Shown: positions 44,927 through 55,293 of the stretch, piece by piece | Layout: each line of letters opens with the position of its first letter | Position numbering within the stretch: position 1 is the stretch's first letter | NCBI GenBank assembly: GCA_031289315.1 | Contig: JAITPR010000032.1 | Location: forward strand, 7,866-71,865 | Direction: 5' to 3' | DNA from: Clostridiaceae bacterium | GTDB lineage: Bacteria > Bacillota > Clostridia > Christensenellales > CAG-917 | Length of the DNA stretch: 64,000 nt | The notes under the pieces: generated by a model | The model's database searches: none | Told to the model about the DNA's origin: nothing | What the model saw: only the letters and a program-made list of their open reading frames with translations | Position numbers and translations under genes: made by a program

Positions 44927-46204
44927 TTACTTTCTAAATCTGAAAGAAACAGAACGCGCGTGCGCTTCTAAGCCCTCTCTTTCGGCAAAGTCAACCACCC
45001 TGTCTTTAAGCCCTTCTAATGCGTCCTTAGTATAGAACATGTAAGAGGACTTTTTAACAAAGTCGTCCACGGAAAGCGGTGACGAAAAGCGCGCCGTACC
45101 GGACGTGGGCAACGTGTGATTGGTACCCGCCATGTAATCGCCCAACGCTTCCGGAGAATACTGCCCCAAAAATACGGAACCCGCATTCTTTACCGACTTC
45201 AAGACCTTGAACGGCTCCTTTACCAAAAGCTCCAAATGCTCCGGCGCAATCTCATTGGAGATCGCCACGGCTTCGTTTATGTTGCCGACTATGATAATTT
45301 TACCGTTATCATCTATGGATTTCCTGGCAATATCCGCACGTTTAAGCGTAGGAATAAGCGTTTCAACGGCGGATTGCACCAATTCGGCAAGCCTAACGCT
45401 GTCCGTTACCAACACCGAAGACGCTAAAACGTCGTGCTCTGCTTGCGACAAAAGGTCGATTGCAATAAGTGACGGGTCGTTGTCGCCGTCGGCTATGACA
45501 AGTATTTCGCTGGGACCGGCAAACATATCTATGTCCACCGCGCCGAAAACCTGTTTCTTAGCCGTAGCCACGTAGATATTGCCGGGACCAACTATTTTGT
45601 CCACCTTGGGGACACTGTCCGTACCGTAAGCGAACGCGGCTATCGCTTGAGCGCCGCCCATCTTAAAGATTTTCGTAACGCCGGCAATCTTCGCCGCCGC
45701 CAAAATTTCATCCTTAATTTTGCCGTCGCGCCCCGGAGGCGTCGCCATATATATTTCCGGAACCCCGGCGACAACCGCCGGAATAACGTCCATGAGTACG
45801 GTAGACGGGTATGCCGCCGTGCCTCCCGGCACGTATACTCCCGCGCGTTCTATCGGCGTAACCGTCCGACCTAAAACCGAACCGTCCGACCTTTTTATCT
45901 CATATCCCTTTTGGATTTGTTTTTTGTGATATTGTCTTATGTTGGCGGCGGCTATCCGGAGGGTTTTTTTAAACTCACCGTCAACCGCGGCACACCCGGC
46001 TTTTATTTCCTTTTCGGAAACCTCAAAGGAACGCAGGTCCGCCTTGTCGAATTTCAACGTATATTCGTATAACGCCGCGTCGCCGCGCGTGCGTACGTCG
46101 GAAACGATGCCTCTTACCACCGTTTCCACGCATAGGTCTTCCTTGACCTCGCGCGTCAATATATCCTCTTTGCGGCAATCCGCCGCCCGAATGATTTTCA
46201 GCAT
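44927..46204 (-). CDS. hisD: Histidinol dehydrogenase
   Basis: VYVPGGTAAYPSTVLM, GGAQAIAAFAYGT, IVGPGNIYV, SQAEHD, APEHLEL, GDYMAGTNHTLPT. Confidence 0.96.
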   Translation of the reverse strand: MLKIIRAADCRKEDILTREVKEDLCVETVVRGIVSDVRTRGDAALYEYTLKFDKADLRSFEVSEKEIKAGCAAVDGEFKKTLRIAAANIRQYHKKQIQKGYEIKRSDGSVLGRTVTPIERAGVYVPGGTAAYPSTVLMDVIPAVVAGVPEIYMATPPGRDGKIKDEILAAAKIAGVTKIFKMGGAQAIAAFAYGTDSVPKVDKIVGPGNIYVATAKKQVFGAVDIDMFAGPSEILVIADGDNDPSLIAIDLLSQAEHDVLASSVLVTDSVRLAELVQSAVETLIPTLKRADIARKSIDDNGKIIIVGNINEAVAISNEIAPEHLELLVKEPFKVLKSVKNAGSVFLGQYSPEALGDYMAGTNHTLPTSGTARFSSPLSVDDFVKKSSYMFYTKDALEGLKDRVVDFAEREGLEAHARSVSFRFRK

Positions 46205-46256
46205 GTATTCTCTCCCTCAAGGCTTATTCCCGCTGCACTTAAATGCGAAAACGATT

Positions 46257-46420
46257 ATGAATTCACAATACTATTAAGCGACGTTTGCTTGGTGATTTTT
46301 GTCTGCAAGGCGTATATAATTAAGAATTCACAATATTATTGCGCGTCCCCCGCCTTGCAATTATTTTCTACTGGGTGCAGATGGGCTAAGAATGCACAAT
46401 ATTATTAAGTGACGCCGCCA
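46257..46420. repeat. Three ~65-bp-spaced copies of the hisG 3' end (one in the CDS, two in the hisG-hisD spacer)
   Basis: ctaagaatGcacaatattattaagtgacg (CDS end, 46386) / ttaagaattcacaatattattgcgcg (46321) / tatgaattcacaatactattaagcgacg (46256). Spacer copies also carry the inverted pair tgcaaggcg / cgccttgca. Confidence 0.75.
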
Positions 46421-47009
46421 AATCCGATACCGCCTCATGCTTAAATTTGAGCGACGTTTTATTACATATCAGGCGCGCACTTATAGGCATAATCACGGTT
46501 TTGACCTCTAAGCCGTTCTCCTTTAAGGTAGTACCCGTTTCCACTATATCCACAATCACGTCCGCCATATTTAGGAGCGGCGCAATCTCCACGGAGCCGT
46601 TTAAGCCTATTATTTCCACCTCACGGTTTACTGACGCAAAGTAATCCTTTGCAATGTTTGCAAAGGACGTAGCCACGCGCAGAGGTCTGTCGTAGTCCTC
46701 AATAAACTCTTTTTTAGCAGCTACCGTCATGCGGCAAACACCGATTTGCAAGTCAAGAAGCTCGTATACTTCCGGCTTTTCCTCCAAAAGAATGTCCTTC
46801 CCGACTATACCCACATCCGCTGCGCCGCGTTCCACGTACACGCCCACGTCGGAAGGCTTCACCAAAAAGAAGCGGACGCCTATCTCGGTATTTTCGAAGA
46901 TTAGCTTGCGCCCGTCCTCAAACAAGCCGTCGGCAAAATAACCCGCCGCCCTTAGTAAATTATAAACCTTTTCGCCTAAACGCCCTTTGGGCAAAGCAAT
47001 ACTAAGCAT
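46386..47009 (-). CDS. hisG: ATP phosphoribosyltransferase, short (HisZ-dependent) form
   Basis: 207 aa; LSIALPKGRL, VKPSDVGVYVERGAADVGIVGKD, IVETGTTLKENGL. Confidence 0.95.
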   Translation of the reverse strand: MLSIALPKGRLGEKVYNLLRAAGYFADGLFEDGRKLIFENTEIGVRFFLVKPSDVGVYVERGAADVGIVGKDILLEEKPEVYELLDLQIGVCRMTVAAKKEFIEDYDRPLRVATSFANIAKDYFASVNREVEIIGLNGSVEIAPLLNMADVIVDIVETGTTLKENGLEVKTVIMPISARLICNKTSLKFKHEAVSDLAASLNNIVHS

Positions 47010-48123
47010 CGTTTGCCTCCTTTAGCCGTCCGTCGGCGAATTTATAGACCCGCTTATATATTATATCACGCGGTAGCTCCTTGCCTATCCAAAAGCTTTT
47101 ACCCGCGTCCAGAAGCTTCGCCGCCTCCTTGTAAAGCTTTGCGCCCGCGTCCGTACCGTCGTAAAGTATTACCACGTCAACGGAAAACGGTTCCGACGGA
47201 TAAGCGCCGGCAAGCTCGTCAAGATAAAGCGCAAACCCGATCGCACCCAAATCGTTGGAAAACCTTTTTAATAGGTTGTCGTATCTTCCGCCGGAAAGCA
47301 CATGCCGCGGGACCTTAGCCACATAACCCTTAAAAATCAATCCGCCATAATAACCGATGTCGTTTATGATGGAAAAATCAATGCGTATATTCTTAAAAAG
47401 CGTATCCGCACGGACAATATCCGTGCATTCCGAAAGCTCCTTGACGGCGGTTTTCATGCGCTGATTTTTGCAAAGCTTCTTCGCGACCTTTAAGACCTCC
47501 GCCGCCGATCCGGACAAAAGCGCGGTTTCCTTAACCGCCGCCGCGTCTGCTTCGGATAAGCCGTGTTTCATGCATACAGCCGTCAAATCGTGCGGATTTT
47601 TGGCACCGATACACTCGGTAATTTCCGCAACCGCGCTTGCCGGAAACTTGAAAAACTCAAATAATCCCTGCAAAAAGCCGGTGTGCGAAATATCTAAAAC
47701 AAACTCCGAATCAATCTCGTTTAGGCTACGTAGGGCGAGCAACACTACTTCCGCCGTTTCAAAAGCGCCTATGTCGCCCAATAGCTCTAAGCCCATTTGA
47801 CTTATTTCTTTGAACGCCTTGCTCTGTTGTGAAAAACGGTATACATTTTCTATGTAATAGAATTTTTCCGCATTCTGCCTTGTCGCTTTAGTGTTCTTGA
47901 CTATAGATAACGTAACGTCCGGCTTTAGCGCAAGCAATTTGCCGTCTATGTCGTTGAACGTCAAAATCCTCTCCGTGCCTAAAAAATTCTTGTTTTCGGC
48001 ATAAAGTGAGAACTCCTCGAAGCGGGACATGCGGTATTTTTTATAACCGCATTTCTCGTAAAGTCCGCGAAGGGAAAGTGACACCTTCTCGTCCTTTTTT
48101 AACATATCCAAATAAAACTTCAT
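47002..48123 (-). CDS. hisZ: ATP phosphoribosyltransferase regulatory subunit (HisRS paralogue)
   Basis: ATG 48123 (MKFYLDMLKKDEK) after GGGGA; class-II aaRS-like core without an anticodon domain; overlaps hisG by 8 nt. Confidence 0.85.
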   Translation of the reverse strand: MKFYLDMLKKDEKVSLSLRGLYEKCGYKKYRMSRFEEFSLYAENKNFLGTERILTFNDIDGKLLALKPDVTLSIVKNTKATRQNAEKFYYIENVYRFSQQSKAFKEISQMGLELLGDIGAFETAEVVLLALRSLNEIDSEFVLDISHTGFLQGLFEFFKFPASAVAEITECIGAKNPHDLTAVCMKHGLSEADAAAVKETALLSGSAAEVLKVAKKLCKNQRMKTAVKELSECTDIVRADTLFKNIRIDFSIINDIGYYGGLIFKGYVAKVPRHVLSGGRYDNLLKRFSNDLGAIGFALYLDELAGAYPSEPFSVDVVILYDGTDAGAKLYKEAAKLLDAGKSFWIGKELPRDIIYKRVYKFADGRLKEANDA

Positions 48124-48287
48124 ATTTTCCCCAAATAACAAGGCATAAGCCCCGTCATCTCTACTGCATAAGAACAACCGTCATGCTTGCGTTTTTTCGG
48201 TTCCTTTTATGTACGTATAAAACGCACATAAAAAGAAATCGGCTTCTTCTGTGTGCGCATAAAGCGAACACCACGAGAAATTGCCTG

Positions 48288-49550
48288 TTAAAACATGTAT
48301 TTCTTAAGCGCTTCGGGTATCTCAAAGGTACCGTCCGCCTTTTGGAACTGCTCCACAATCGCGGGTATAACCCGGCTGGTCGCAAGCCCCGAACCGTTCA
48401 ACGTATGCACGTACTGAATTTTTCCCGCCGCGTCGCGAAAGCGTGTATTGTTGCGGCGCGCCTGATAGTCGTTGGCGTTGGATACGGAACTGACCTCCTT
48501 ATAAATTTCCATACTGGGTATCCACACCTCAATGTCGTAGGTTCTTGCCATGGACGCGCTGCAATCTCCCGCCGCTAGCTTGCTGACACGGTAATGTAAG
48601 CCTAAGCCTTCCACAAGCGCGGCAGCCTTATTGACAAGCTCCTCAAACGCTTGCGCGGAGTTTTCCGGTTGGGCGTACTGCACCATCTCCACCTTGTTAA
48701 ACTGATGCCCTCTTATCATGCCGCGCTCCTCCGCGCGGTAGCTTCCGGCTTCCTTTCTGTAACACGGCGTATAGCCGAACATCTTCAAGGGAAGCTTAGT
48801 CCCGTCGATAATTTCACCGGCATATAGGTTGACAAGCGCCGTTTCCGCGGTGGGAAGTAAAAACGCGCTCTTCTTCTTGTCGTTTTCGCCGTTGTCAATC
48901 CAGTAAACCTCGTCGGCAAATTTCGGGAATTGTCCCGCCCCTAAGCCGCAGTTATAACCCAACATGTGCGGCGGCAATATGAATTCGTAGCCGTCCTTTA
49001 AGTGGTTTTCGATAAAGTAGTTAAGCAAAGCCCACTCAAGCTTGGCGCCTAAGCCGCGGTAAAGCCAGTATCCGGAGCCGGCAAGCTTTGTGCCGCGGTC
49101 GTAGTCGATTAGCCCCTGCGCGGTGCATATATCCACGTGATTTTTAACGGGAAAATTGAACTTCGGCTTTTTGCCGCCCGTTCTCACAACCTTGTTGTTC
49201 TCCTTTTCGCCGGGCAGTAAGTCCGCGTCCGGCATGTTGGGAAGCCTCAGCAAGAAGTCGTTTATCGCCTCCGACAACTCGTCTATCTTTTTATCGCCAT
49301 CGGCTATGCGGTCACCCAAAACACGCATTTCTTCAAAGATGGCGTCCACGGGTTGTCCTGCTTTTTTAAGCTTCGGTATTTCGCCGGAAACCTTGTTGCG
49401 TTTGGCTTTCATTGCCTCTATTTCCGAAAGCAGCGCCCTCTTTGCGGCGTCGTTTTTCAGTAGTTCCGTAAAGTCGACGGTATACCCCTTTTTTAAAAGG
49501 GTGGCGGCGACTGCTTTTGCATCGGTTCTGATGAGATTTAAGTCTAACAT
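48288..49550 (-). CDS. serS: Seryl-tRNA synthetase
   Basis: N-terminal coiled coil (MLDLNLIR...), class-II motifs FILPPHM, LLPTAE, GYTPCYRKEAGS, RGHQFNKVE, LNGSGLATSR. Confidence 0.96.
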   Translation of the reverse strand: MLDLNLIRTDAKAVAATLLKKGYTVDFTELLKNDAAKRALLSEIEAMKAKRNKVSGEIPKLKKAGQPVDAIFEEMRVLGDRIADGDKKIDELSEAINDFLLRLPNMPDADLLPGEKENNKVVRTGGKKPKFNFPVKNHVDICTAQGLIDYDRGTKLAGSGYWLYRGLGAKLEWALLNYFIENHLKDGYEFILPPHMLGYNCGLGAGQFPKFADEVYWIDNGENDKKKSAFLLPTAETALVNLYAGEIIDGTKLPLKMFGYTPCYRKEAGSYRAEERGMIRGHQFNKVEMVQYAQPENSAQAFEELVNKAAALVEGLGLHYRVSKLAAGDCSASMARTYDIEVWIPSMEIYKEVSSVSNANDYQARRNNTRFRDAAGKIQYVHTLNGSGLATSRVIPAIVEQFQKADGTFEIPEALKKYMF

Positions 49551-49590
49551 AATTTTTTTCCTCCCGCTTCAAAGCGTGCTTTTCATATTT

Positions 49591-49659
49591 TAGGTTGCCG
49601 GTTGCGGCGTGCTTGCCGTTATCGTAATTAGGTTGCCGGTTGCGGCGCACTTTGCCGCT
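49591..49659. repeat. 38-bp direct repeat pair in leuS-serS spacer
   Basis: taggttgccggttgcggcgtgcttgccgtt (49591) and taggttgccggttgcggcgcactttgccgct (49629). Confidence 0.8.
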
Positions 49660-49686
49660 CACCGCATGATATGTGGTTTTATGCCT

Positions 49687-52116
49687 CTAAAGAATGATGT
49701 TAATCAGGCGTTTAGGCACAACTACTATTTTCTTTATTTCCGCACCGCTTACAAGCGCCGCAATCTGCGGCTGCGAAAGCGCAAATTCCTTGACGCCGTT
49801 CTCGTCAAGCGCCGACGGCACGTTAAGCTTTGCCTTGACGCGGCTGTTTATCTGTACGGCTATTTCCACCTCGTCTAAGGTAAGCGCGCTTTCGTCGATT
49901 ACGGGGTAGCGCTGTTTAAATACGGAGACGGTGCCGCCCAAACTTTCGTTGAGTTCCTCTGCAAAGTGCGGCGTCATGGGTGCCATAAGCAAAATCAAAT
50001 CCTTGACGGCGGCTTTGAATACGGCGTGCTTTATATCCGGGTTGCGGTTGTCGTAGGCGTAAAGCGCGTTGGTCAATTCCATAAGGCGCGCAACGGCGGT
50101 ATTAAAACCGAAGGCTTCCATATCGCGTGTAACGCTCTTAATCGCGGAATTGCGGATATAATTCAATTCCTTTTCTTCCTTGCCGTAGTCGGATTTAGAC
50201 AAGTCCGCCGCCGCCGCTTTTTGCGCCAATCTTTCAACGCGTTCCATGAAACGCACAACGGACTCTATGCCCTTATCGCTCCACGGTCCGCCCTCGATAT
50301 ACGAAAAACCGAACATGAGATAAAGTCTAAAGGCATCCGATCCGTATTTTTTTATCGTTTCGTCGGGCGAAACGACGTTGCCTAAGCTTTTCGACATTTT
50401 ATTGCCGTCAGGTCCCAAAATAAGCCCCTGATGAACCAACGATAAGAAAGGCTCGTCGAAGTTAAGATAGCCCATATCCCTAAGCGCCTTTGTGAAGAAG
50501 CGCGCGTAGAGTAGGTGCATACACGCGTGTTCCGCGCCGCCTATATACTTGTCTACCGGCAACATCTTGTTAATCCAATCACCGTCAAAGGCTTTTTTCT
50601 TGTTTTTGTTGTCCGGGTAGCGCAAAAAGTACCACGAAGAACACACAAACGTATCAAGCGTATCCGGCTCGCGTTTTGCCGGCGCTCCGCACACGGGACA
50701 CTTGACGTTCATAAACTCGTCGCTCTTCAAAAGCGGTGATTTGCCGTCCGGCGTAAAATCCACGTTATACGGCAACAAAACCGGTAAGTCCTTTTCGGGA
50801 ACGGGTACCGCTCCGCAATGCGGACAGTGAATTATGGGTATCGGCGCGCCCCAATAACGCTGGCGGCTGACAAGCCAATCGCGCAAACGGTAGTTTGTTT
50901 TAAGCTCTCCCTTTCCGTTCTTTTGCAATTCCTGCACTATGGCAATTTTAGCTTCATCCGTGGTTAGCCCGTCGAACCTACCGCTGTTTACGTTTACGCC
51001 GTATTCGACGTAAGGCAACTCGTCCGCGCTTCCGTCCGCCGATTTAACCACGCGTTCTATGGGAAGCCCATACTTTTTTGCAAAGATAAAATCTCTTTCG
51101 TCGTGCGACGGAACGCCCATTACCGCGCCCGTGCCGTAACTGGCAAGCACGTAATCCGCAATGTATACGGGAACCTTGCGTCCGTTTATCGGATTTATCG
51201 CGTACGCACCTGTAAAAATACCGCTCTTCTCACGCGCCGTGGACAGCCTCTCGATTTCGTTAACCTTACCAGTATCCGCAACGTACGCCGCGACCGCCGC
51301 CGCCCTGTCCGGAGTGGTAAGCTTCGCTACCAAAGGGTGTTCGGGCGCAAGCACCACGTAGCTAACGCCGAAAAGCGTGTCCGCGCGCGTCGTGAAAACC
51401 TTAAATGACTGACCGGTTAAAACGGTGAATTCTATTTCGCCGCCGTACGATTTGCCTATCCAGTTCTTTTGCATGAGTTTGGTTTTTTCCGGCCAGTCCA
51501 ACCCGTCCAAACCGGCAAGAAGCTCGTCCGCATAATCCGTTATCTTGAAAAACCACTGCGTGAGATTTTTTCTAACCACAACGGAACCGCACCGTTCACA
51601 ATCGCCGTCCTTTACCTGTTCGTTGGCAAGCACCGTCTGACAAGAGGGACACCAATTAACGGGAGCTTCCTTTCTATATGCAAGCCCCGCCTTTAACAGT
51701 TGCAAAAAAATCCACTGCGTCCAACGGTAGTATTTCGAGTCGGCGGTTATCACCTCGTAATTCCAATCGTAGGTGGCGCCGATTGCCTTCAACTGCTTTT
51801 CCATCGTCTTGATGTTTTTAAAGGTGCTGTCCTTAGGATGAATACCGGTCTTTATCGCGTAGTTTTCCGCAGGCAATCCGAACGCGTCAAAGCCCATCGG
51901 GTGAAATACCTCGTATCCTTGCATGCGTTTGAAACGTGCGTAGCTGTCCGAAGGTCCATAGTTATACCAATGCCCTACGTGGAGCTTTGCTCCGGACGGA
52001 TAAGAAAACATCTCAAGAACATACTTCTTTTCCCCTACCTTCTCCGGATCGAATTTGTACGCCTTTTCGTCCTTCCATTTCTTTTGCCATTTTTTTTCAA
52101 TCTTTTTATAGTCCAT
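49687..52116 (-). CDS. leuS: Leucyl-tRNA synthetase
   Basis: 809 aa; HIGH-type signature ([10 protein letters not shown]), KMSKS (NKMSKSLGN), CP1 editing domain, zinc-like CPSC...CERC. Confidence 0.97.
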   Translation of the reverse strand: MDYKKIEKKWQKKWKDEKAYKFDPEKVGEKKYVLEMFSYPSGAKLHVGHWYNYGPSDSYARFKRMQGYEVFHPMGFDAFGLPAENYAIKTGIHPKDSTFKNIKTMEKQLKAIGATYDWNYEVITADSKYYRWTQWIFLQLLKAGLAYRKEAPVNWCPSCQTVLANEQVKDGDCERCGSVVVRKNLTQWFFKITDYADELLAGLDGLDWPEKTKLMQKNWIGKSYGGEIEFTVLTGQSFKVFTTRADTLFGVSYVVLAPEHPLVAKLTTPDRAAAVAAYVADTGKVNEIERLSTAREKSGIFTGAYAINPINGRKVPVYIADYVLASYGTGAVMGVPSHDERDFIFAKKYGLPIERVVKSADGSADELPYVEYGVNVNSGRFDGLTTDEAKIAIVQELQKNGKGELKTNYRLRDWLVSRQRYWGAPIPIIHCPHCGAVPVPEKDLPVLLPYNVDFTPDGKSPLLKSDEFMNVKCPVCGAPAKREPDTLDTFVCSSWYFLRYPDNKNKKKAFDGDWINKMLPVDKYIGGAEHACMHLLYARFFTKALRDMGYLNFDEPFLSLVHQGLILGPDGNKMSKSLGNVVSPDETIKKYGSDAFRLYLMFGFSYIEGGPWSDKGIESVVRFMERVERLAQKAAAADLSKSDYGKEEKELNYIRNSAIKSVTRDMEAFGFNTAVARLMELTNALYAYDNRNPDIKHAVFKAAVKDLILLMAPMTPHFAEELNESLGGTVSVFKQRYPVIDESALTLDEVEIAVQINSRVKAKLNVPSALDENGVKEFALSQPQIAALVSGAEIKKIVVVPKRLINIIL

Positions 52117-52212
52117 TCTATCCTTACCTTCCGTTTTCGTAATATGGATTTTGGTAAATACCTATCCTACGGGTACGGCATAACATCACGGCAACAATTG
52201 CACCGTTGATAT

Positions 52213-52241
52213 ATTTTATATCTAAAGATATATAAAGTCAA
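52213..52241 (-). promoter_or_regulatory. Putative sigma-A promoter for leuS
   Basis: On the minus strand TTGACT-17 nt-TAAAAT, giving a ~90-nt leader. Confidence 0.5.
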
Positions 52242-52564
52242 TTTATTATGGGTTTATTATCGTCAAACATTGTAAATTTAGCTATTCAATGCCCTTTTTT
52301 TAGAGCGACTAAAGCCTTATTAAAGTTTTTGTATGTTTTGAGGCAAATAGGTCTTTCGCAAAATTCTATTATGCGTGTAATCTCTTCTTCCGAAAGTCTA
52401 CCGTTTTATGGACGGGTAAAAAATCTTTACAAGACACTTAACCGCGTTCTATCGTTTAATATTTTATGTATCACTTCCGCAGGTTTTGCGCAACAGCCTG
52501 TGAACCGTCGCAAATATAATTCATAATGTTACATAATCTCAATTTAAAGCATAGCTCAAACCGC

Positions 52565-52594
52565 TTGACAATATTGTGCCGTTCAGAATATAAT
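52565..52594 (+). promoter_or_regulatory. Putative sigma-A promoter for the glycyl-radical enzyme cluster
   Basis: TTGACA-18 nt-TATAAT, about 170 nt upstream of ATG 52768. Confidence 0.5.
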
Positions 52595-52600
52595 ATAAAA

Positions 52601-52630
52601 CATATATGATAAGTATGTTTCATATATGAT
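52601..52630 (+). promoter_or_regulatory. Direct repeat CATATATGAT x2 spaced exactly 20 bp apart, just downstream of the -10 (candidate operator)
   Basis: catatatgat at 52601-52610 and 52621-52630; the first sits inside the hairpin aaacata-tatgataag-tatgttt. Confidence 0.3.
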
Positions 52631-52767
52631 GTAAGATATAAAAGAAAGACTTGAAGCGCGGTATTGCAAAGAAAGATGCCTTTTTATCGGGTCGTCGCAA
52701 TGCGGCAGGAAATAAAAAACAACACGCAAAAACCGCCTTAATTCAGGCTTATAAAACGGAGATAGGT

Positions 52768-55290
52768 ATGGCGAAAATTACAACGCGACAACCGGCAAAG
52801 CAAGCACAGAGTTCTTTACTCGACGGCACGGTAGGTGGCGCGGTGCTGTCGGAACAAGAAAAACGGCTTGCGGGCATGGCGCGAAGCGTTCGGGGCGGAC
52901 GTGTCAGTGAGCTTCTGAAAGCGTTCAAAAACGCGCGTCCGTCTATTGACATAGAGCGTGGACGGCTTTTTACCGAATCGTTCAGGGCAACGGAGGGTCA
53001 ACCGCTTGTTTTGCGGTGGGCTAAGGCGTTGTATAACTATGCCGAAAACGCCACCGTTTACATCGACGGGGGACAATTGATTGTGGGGCGCGCGGGGAAA
53101 CCCGGACGTTACGGCTTGCTGTACCCCGAACTGGACGGCGATTTTTTAGACGAGGCAATCAAGGCATTGCCCCTGCGCAAGTCCTCTCCTTTCGACATTT
53201 CGACGGCGGACGCAAAGGTCGTAATTGAAGAAATTTCCCCGTATTGGAAGGGCAAAACCTTTCACGAGGCACTGGCAAAGGCGTTGCCGGAGGACACCTT
53301 TCGCTTGACGTACAATGCCGATGCGGAGCTGTCGTCGCGTTTTATCGTTAACGAAACCGCCTCCTTTCGTTCGTCGATACAATGGGTTCACGACTACGAA
53401 AAACCACTTAAAATCGGTTTTTCTAGAATACGTGAGGAAGCCGTATCCGCGCTAAACGCACTTGATGAGTTCAGTCCTACGGACAACACCGAAAAAAAGC
53501 CGTTTTTAGAAGCGGTTATCCTGACGGCGGACGCCATAATATTATTCGCCGAACGCCACGCGGAGGAAGCGGCACACCTTGCGGCGGCGGAACGCAACAC
53601 CGCGCGTAAAAAAGAGCTTCTAGAGATTGCCGACATATGCCGCAACGTACCCAAAAACAAGCCGCGTAGCTTCCGTGAGGCAGTTCAAAGCCAGTGGTTC
53701 ATACAGCTTTTTTCGCGAATCGAACAAAAAACGGGGACGATAATTTCCAACGGCAGAATGGACCAATATCTGTATCCGTTCTACAAGGCGGATAAGGAAA
53801 AGGGTATTTTAACGGACGACAGCGCGCAGGAATTGTTGGAATGCGTCTGGGTATGCATGGCGCAATATATAGACCTCTATCTTTCCAAAGCCGGCGGCGC
53901 TTTTAACGAGGGCTACGCGCACTGGGAGGCGGTTACGATAGGCGGGCAAAACCCCGACGGCGCGGATGCGGTAAATGAATTAACATATTTGTTTTTAAAG
54001 TCGAAACGCGAATTCCCGCTTAACTATCCCGACCTTGCGGCACGCATTCATACGCGTTCGCCTAAGCGGTATTTGCACGAGGTAGCCTTGACGGTAAAGG
54101 ACGGTTCCGGATTTCCGAAGCTAATTAACGACGAAGAGGTGGTGCCTCTGCTATTGTCGAAGGGCGCGCGGTTCGACGAGGCATACGACTATTCGGTATC
54201 CGGCTGCGCTGAATGCAGGATGCCCAACCGCGACACCTACACCTCTCCGTGCGCCTACATCAACTTTGCCGCCGCTACGGAAATGACGCTTTTCAACGGC
54301 AAGATGATAAAATACGGCAACGAGATAATAGGCTTACAAACCGGTGAGGACTTCGCGACCTTTGAAGAATTTTTAAACGCCTATTTAAAGCAACAGAAAA
54401 ATTTTCTTAAGCACGCTTTCGTGCAACAGCATGAAATTATACGGCTTCGCGCGGATCATTTCGCTTCCCCTTTGGGTTCCTCCTTGCACGCGCTTTGCAT
54501 GAAAGAAAAAAAAGATATACACGCTCCGCACATCGAAGGCGGTATTGATTTAGGCTACTTCGAATTTATCGGTTACGGCACCGTCGTAGACTCGTTGTCG
54601 GCTATAAAAAAGACCGTCTATGAGGACAAAACGCTGACGCTTAGTCTTATAAAAGAGGCAATCTCACATAATTTTGAGGGCTATGCGGAGGTGCGCGCCC
54701 TTTTGAAAAATGCGCCCGCCTACGGAAACGACGATCCTTACGCCGACGAATTAGGCAAGCTTATAGACAAAGAAGCATTGGATTTCACCGTGAAATACTC
54801 TGCGGAGTTGGGCGTACATTTAGATTTGCGGCTGGTTCCGTTCACTTCGAACGTGCCGTTCGGCAAGGTTGTTGCGGCGTCGCCCAACGGCAGAAAGGCG
54901 TTTACCCCCCTGTCCGACGGCTCTTCGGCTTCACAGGGTGCGGACGCAAACGGTCCTACCGCCGTGCTTTTATCCAACTTCGCCACCAAAAATTACAGCT
55001 ACAGCCACCGCGCGGCACGGCTTTTGAACCTGAAATTAAGCCCCGCTTGCGTGGAGGGCGACGACGGCACTAAAAAGCTTGTCGCCTTTGTCGAAGCTTG
55101 GCGTTCGCTGAAGCTTTGGCACCTGCAATTCAACGTCATAAACCGCGATACACTCATCGCCGCTCAAACCGACCCCGACGCGTACCGCAATCTTTTGGTG
55201 CGCGTGGCGGGCTACAGCGCGTATTTCTGCGAGCTTTCCAAAGATTTGCAAGACGACATAATCTCCCGTACGGAGCACTCATCTATTTAA
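52768..55290 (+). CDS. Glycyl radical enzyme, 1,2-eliminase (PFL2/glycerol-dehydratase-like) class; candidate isethionate sulfite-lyase-like C-S lyase
   Basis: 840 aa from ATG 52768 (GGAGA RBS); glycyl radical motif VRVAGYSAYF near the C-terminus; Cys loop VSGCAEC (Cys-x-Glu); GRMDQYLYPFY, IGGQNPDG-DAVNELTYLFL, SPNGRKAFTPLSDGSSASQGADANGPTA. Confidence 0.9.
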   Translation: MAKITTRQPAKQAQSSLLDGTVGGAVLSEQEKRLAGMARSVRGGRVSELLKAFKNARPSIDIERGRLFTESFRATEGQPLVLRWAKALYNYAENATVYIDGGQLIVGRAGKPGRYGLLYPELDGDFLDEAIKALPLRKSSPFDISTADAKVVIEEISPYWKGKTFHEALAKALPEDTFRLTYNADAELSSRFIVNETASFRSSIQWVHDYEKPLKIGFSRIREEAVSALNALDEFSPTDNTEKKPFLEAVILTADAIILFAERHAEEAAHLAAAERNTARKKELLEIADICRNVPKNKPRSFREAVQSQWFIQLFSRIEQKTGTIISNGRMDQYLYPFYKADKEKGILTDDSAQELLECVWVCMAQYIDLYLSKAGGAFNEGYAHWEAVTIGGQNPDGADAVNELTYLFLKSKREFPLNYPDLAARIHTRSPKRYLHEVALTVKDGSGFPKLINDEEVVPLLLSKGARFDEAYDYSVSGCAECRMPNRDTYTSPCAYINFAAATEMTLFNGKMIKYGNEIIGLQTGEDFATFEEFLNAYLKQQKNFLKHAFVQQHEIIRLRADHFASPLGSSLHALCMKEKKDIHAPHIEGGIDLGYFEFIGYGTVVDSLSAIKKTVYEDKTLTLSLIKEAISHNFEGYAEVRALLKNAPAYGNDDPYADELGKLIDKEALDFTVKYSAELGVHLDLRLVPFTSNVPFGKVVAASPNGRKAFTPLSDGSSASQGADANGPTAVLLSNFATKNYSYSHRAARLLNLKLSPACVEGDDGTKKLVAFVEAWRSLKLWHLQFNVINRDTLIAAQTDPDAYRNLLVRVAGYSAYFCELSKDLQDDIISRTEHSSI

Positions 55291-55293
55291 ACT

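Noticed and set aside
48124-48287. T-box or attenuator leader upstream of hisZ
   Set aside because: Only ~165 nt are available. I could not find a specifier-loop/AGAGA/T-box (..GGTGGTACCGCG-like) sequence or a terminator/antiterminator pair, just weak hairpins.
52117-52212. Leu T-box riboswitch upstream of leuS
   Set aside because: The predicted promoter leaves only a ~90-nt leader. It has no T-box consensus and no terminator hairpin.
52248-52526. 92-aa ORF in the leuS/GRE spacer
   Set aside because: It lies in an AT-rich region with no Shine-Dalgarno. Its composition (many L/S/N/I, no recognisable domain) looks like random translation.
52651-52767. 39-codon N-terminal extension of the glycyl radical enzyme from TTG 52651
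   Set aside because: There is no RBS before the TTG, and the extension is basic and low-complexity. ATG 52768 has GGAGA at proper spacing and gives a typical ~840-aa GRE.
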